64,000 bases of DNA from Escherichia phage vB_EcoM_LNA4. Shown here one piece after another: positions 63,143 through 64,000 of the stretch (its first letter is position 1; every line of letters starts with the position of its first letter). Below the pieces are notes generated by a model. It saw nothing but the letters and a program-made list of their open reading frames with translations. It ran no database searches and was not told the origin of the DNA. Position numbers and translations under genes: made by a program. The stretch is from sequence record MZ311864.1; one strand, written 5' to 3'.

Positions 63143-63648
63143 AATTGCGACAGCATGTTGATTGCTTCGTGATGTTCTTTCATCTTTGTCAGACGAAGAT
63201 ACATGTCATGGTACTTACGAATACGAAGCAAGTCTTTATCGCTAAGTCCTTTCAGACGACGAACATCAGAGTTGTGTCGCAGGTCTGCGAGCTTAACACG
63301 GATTGCATCGTAGTTTCTTGCAATACCCTGGAAATACTCCTCCGGTGTCTGATTTGGTGTTTTCGTCAAAAGAACCACAGCATCTTTAACACGATTAGAG
63401 AAGCCCAACAGCACTAGGTCAGCAGCCGTCACATCGGTATCTTCCACCACATCGTGAAGAGCCGCGATAGCCATAAGCTGAAAATCATCGCTCTTCAGGT
63501 AGTGCATCACCTTTAGCGGGTGGAGGATGTAGGGGTTACCACCCTTATCTTTCTGATTCAGGTGTCCTTCTGCTGCAATCTTGATAGCCAGGGCAAGTTC
63601 TTGCGCCGGGGTTAAAACTGGAATCGTGGAATTGTAAGTTCGTACCAT
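63139..63648 (-). CDS. HD-domain small alarmone hydrolase (SpoT/Mesh1-like (p)ppGpp hydrolase family)
   Basis: EGHLNQKDKGGNPYILHPLKV...AIAALHDVVEDTDVT matches HD-domain ppGpp hydrolase pattern; GGAG RBS. Confidence 0.65.
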   Translation of the reverse strand: MVRTYNSTIPVLTPAQELALAIKIAAEGHLNQKDKGGNPYILHPLKVMHYLKSDDFQLMAIAALHDVVEDTDVTAADLVLLGFSNRVKDAVVLLTKTPNQTPEEYFQGIARNYDAIRVKLADLRHNSDVRRLKGLSDKDLLRIRKYHDMYLRLTKMKEHHEAINMLSQL

Positions 63649-63986
63649 CTTTGTTGCTCCATCATGTTAAAAGGTTTGATCTTGAGTGTATCAAAACCAT
63701 CAATGTTGTCAAGCCAGAATTCATCTTTATATCCAGCCATTTCCATCATCATTAACTCTTCCGGGCTGGGTGTCTCCCCTGCCATCATGTTTCTGAGTCT
63801 TTCATCCCAGCGGAAAGTGAATAATGTCTCATTTTTATTGCAAATTAATAGTGCTTCACGGGCATTTTTAATCTTAACACTACGATCACGTAGATGAAAC
63901 ACACTGTGACCAATGTGATTACACTGGACATCAAAGTTATCCCTGTCTCTGAAGTCACAAAACACCAGGAGATCACCGATAGACAA
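63612..63986 (-). CDS. hypothetical protein (start uncertain)
   Basis: 124 aa ORF overlapping start of hydrolase gene. Confidence 0.35.
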   Translation of the reverse strand: MSIGDLLVFCDFRDRDNFDVQCNHIGHSVFHLRDRSVKIKNAREALLICNKNETLFTFRWDERLRNMMAGETPSPEELMMMEMAGYKDEFWLDNIDGFDTLKIKPFNMMEQQRWYELTIPRFQF

Positions 63987-64000
63987 GGATATACCGAGAA

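Noticed and set aside
1-64000. Prophage or integrative element signals (integrase, att sites, transposase)
   Set aside because: No recombinase or transposase motifs and no host housekeeping genes; content looks like a virulent phage genome.

Overview
This window reads as about 64 kb of a contractile-tailed dsDNA phage genome with no integrase, rRNA, tRNA or CRISPR array. Positions 1-30.8 kb (+ strand) hold a late structural module: a collagen-like fibre protein, tail sheath, tube, frameshifted tail-assembly chaperone, tape measure, Mu/P2-like baseplate genes, several tailspike/fibre genes and a tail-fibre assembly chaperone, punctuated by hairpin terminators with UUCG-type loops and sigma70-like promoters. 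Positions 30.8-64 kb (- strand) hold a densely packed early/middle module: T7-like family A DNA polymerase, TOPRIM/DnaB-like primase-helicase, Dda/RecD-like helicase, an SSB-like protein, rIIA/rIIB-like genes, four homing-endonuclease-type genes and many small ORFs. The most interesting content is a set of candidate host-takeover and counter-defence genes: a PnuC-like transporter with a NadR-like NMN adenylyltransferase/kinase (NAD+ salvage), an Rnl2-family RNA ligase, a TARG1/DarG-like macrodomain, a possible DUF2829 (Tad2-like) protein, an HD-domain small alarmone hydrolase, and a bactofilin-like beta-helix protein next to a secreted SleB-like hydrolase. Two sequence-level anomalies stand out: the polymerase has a conserved N-terminal coding extension with no canonical start codon, and an SSB-like protein ends in the exact E. 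coli SSB C-terminal tip. All family assignments are from reading motifs in the supplied translations; no database search was run.
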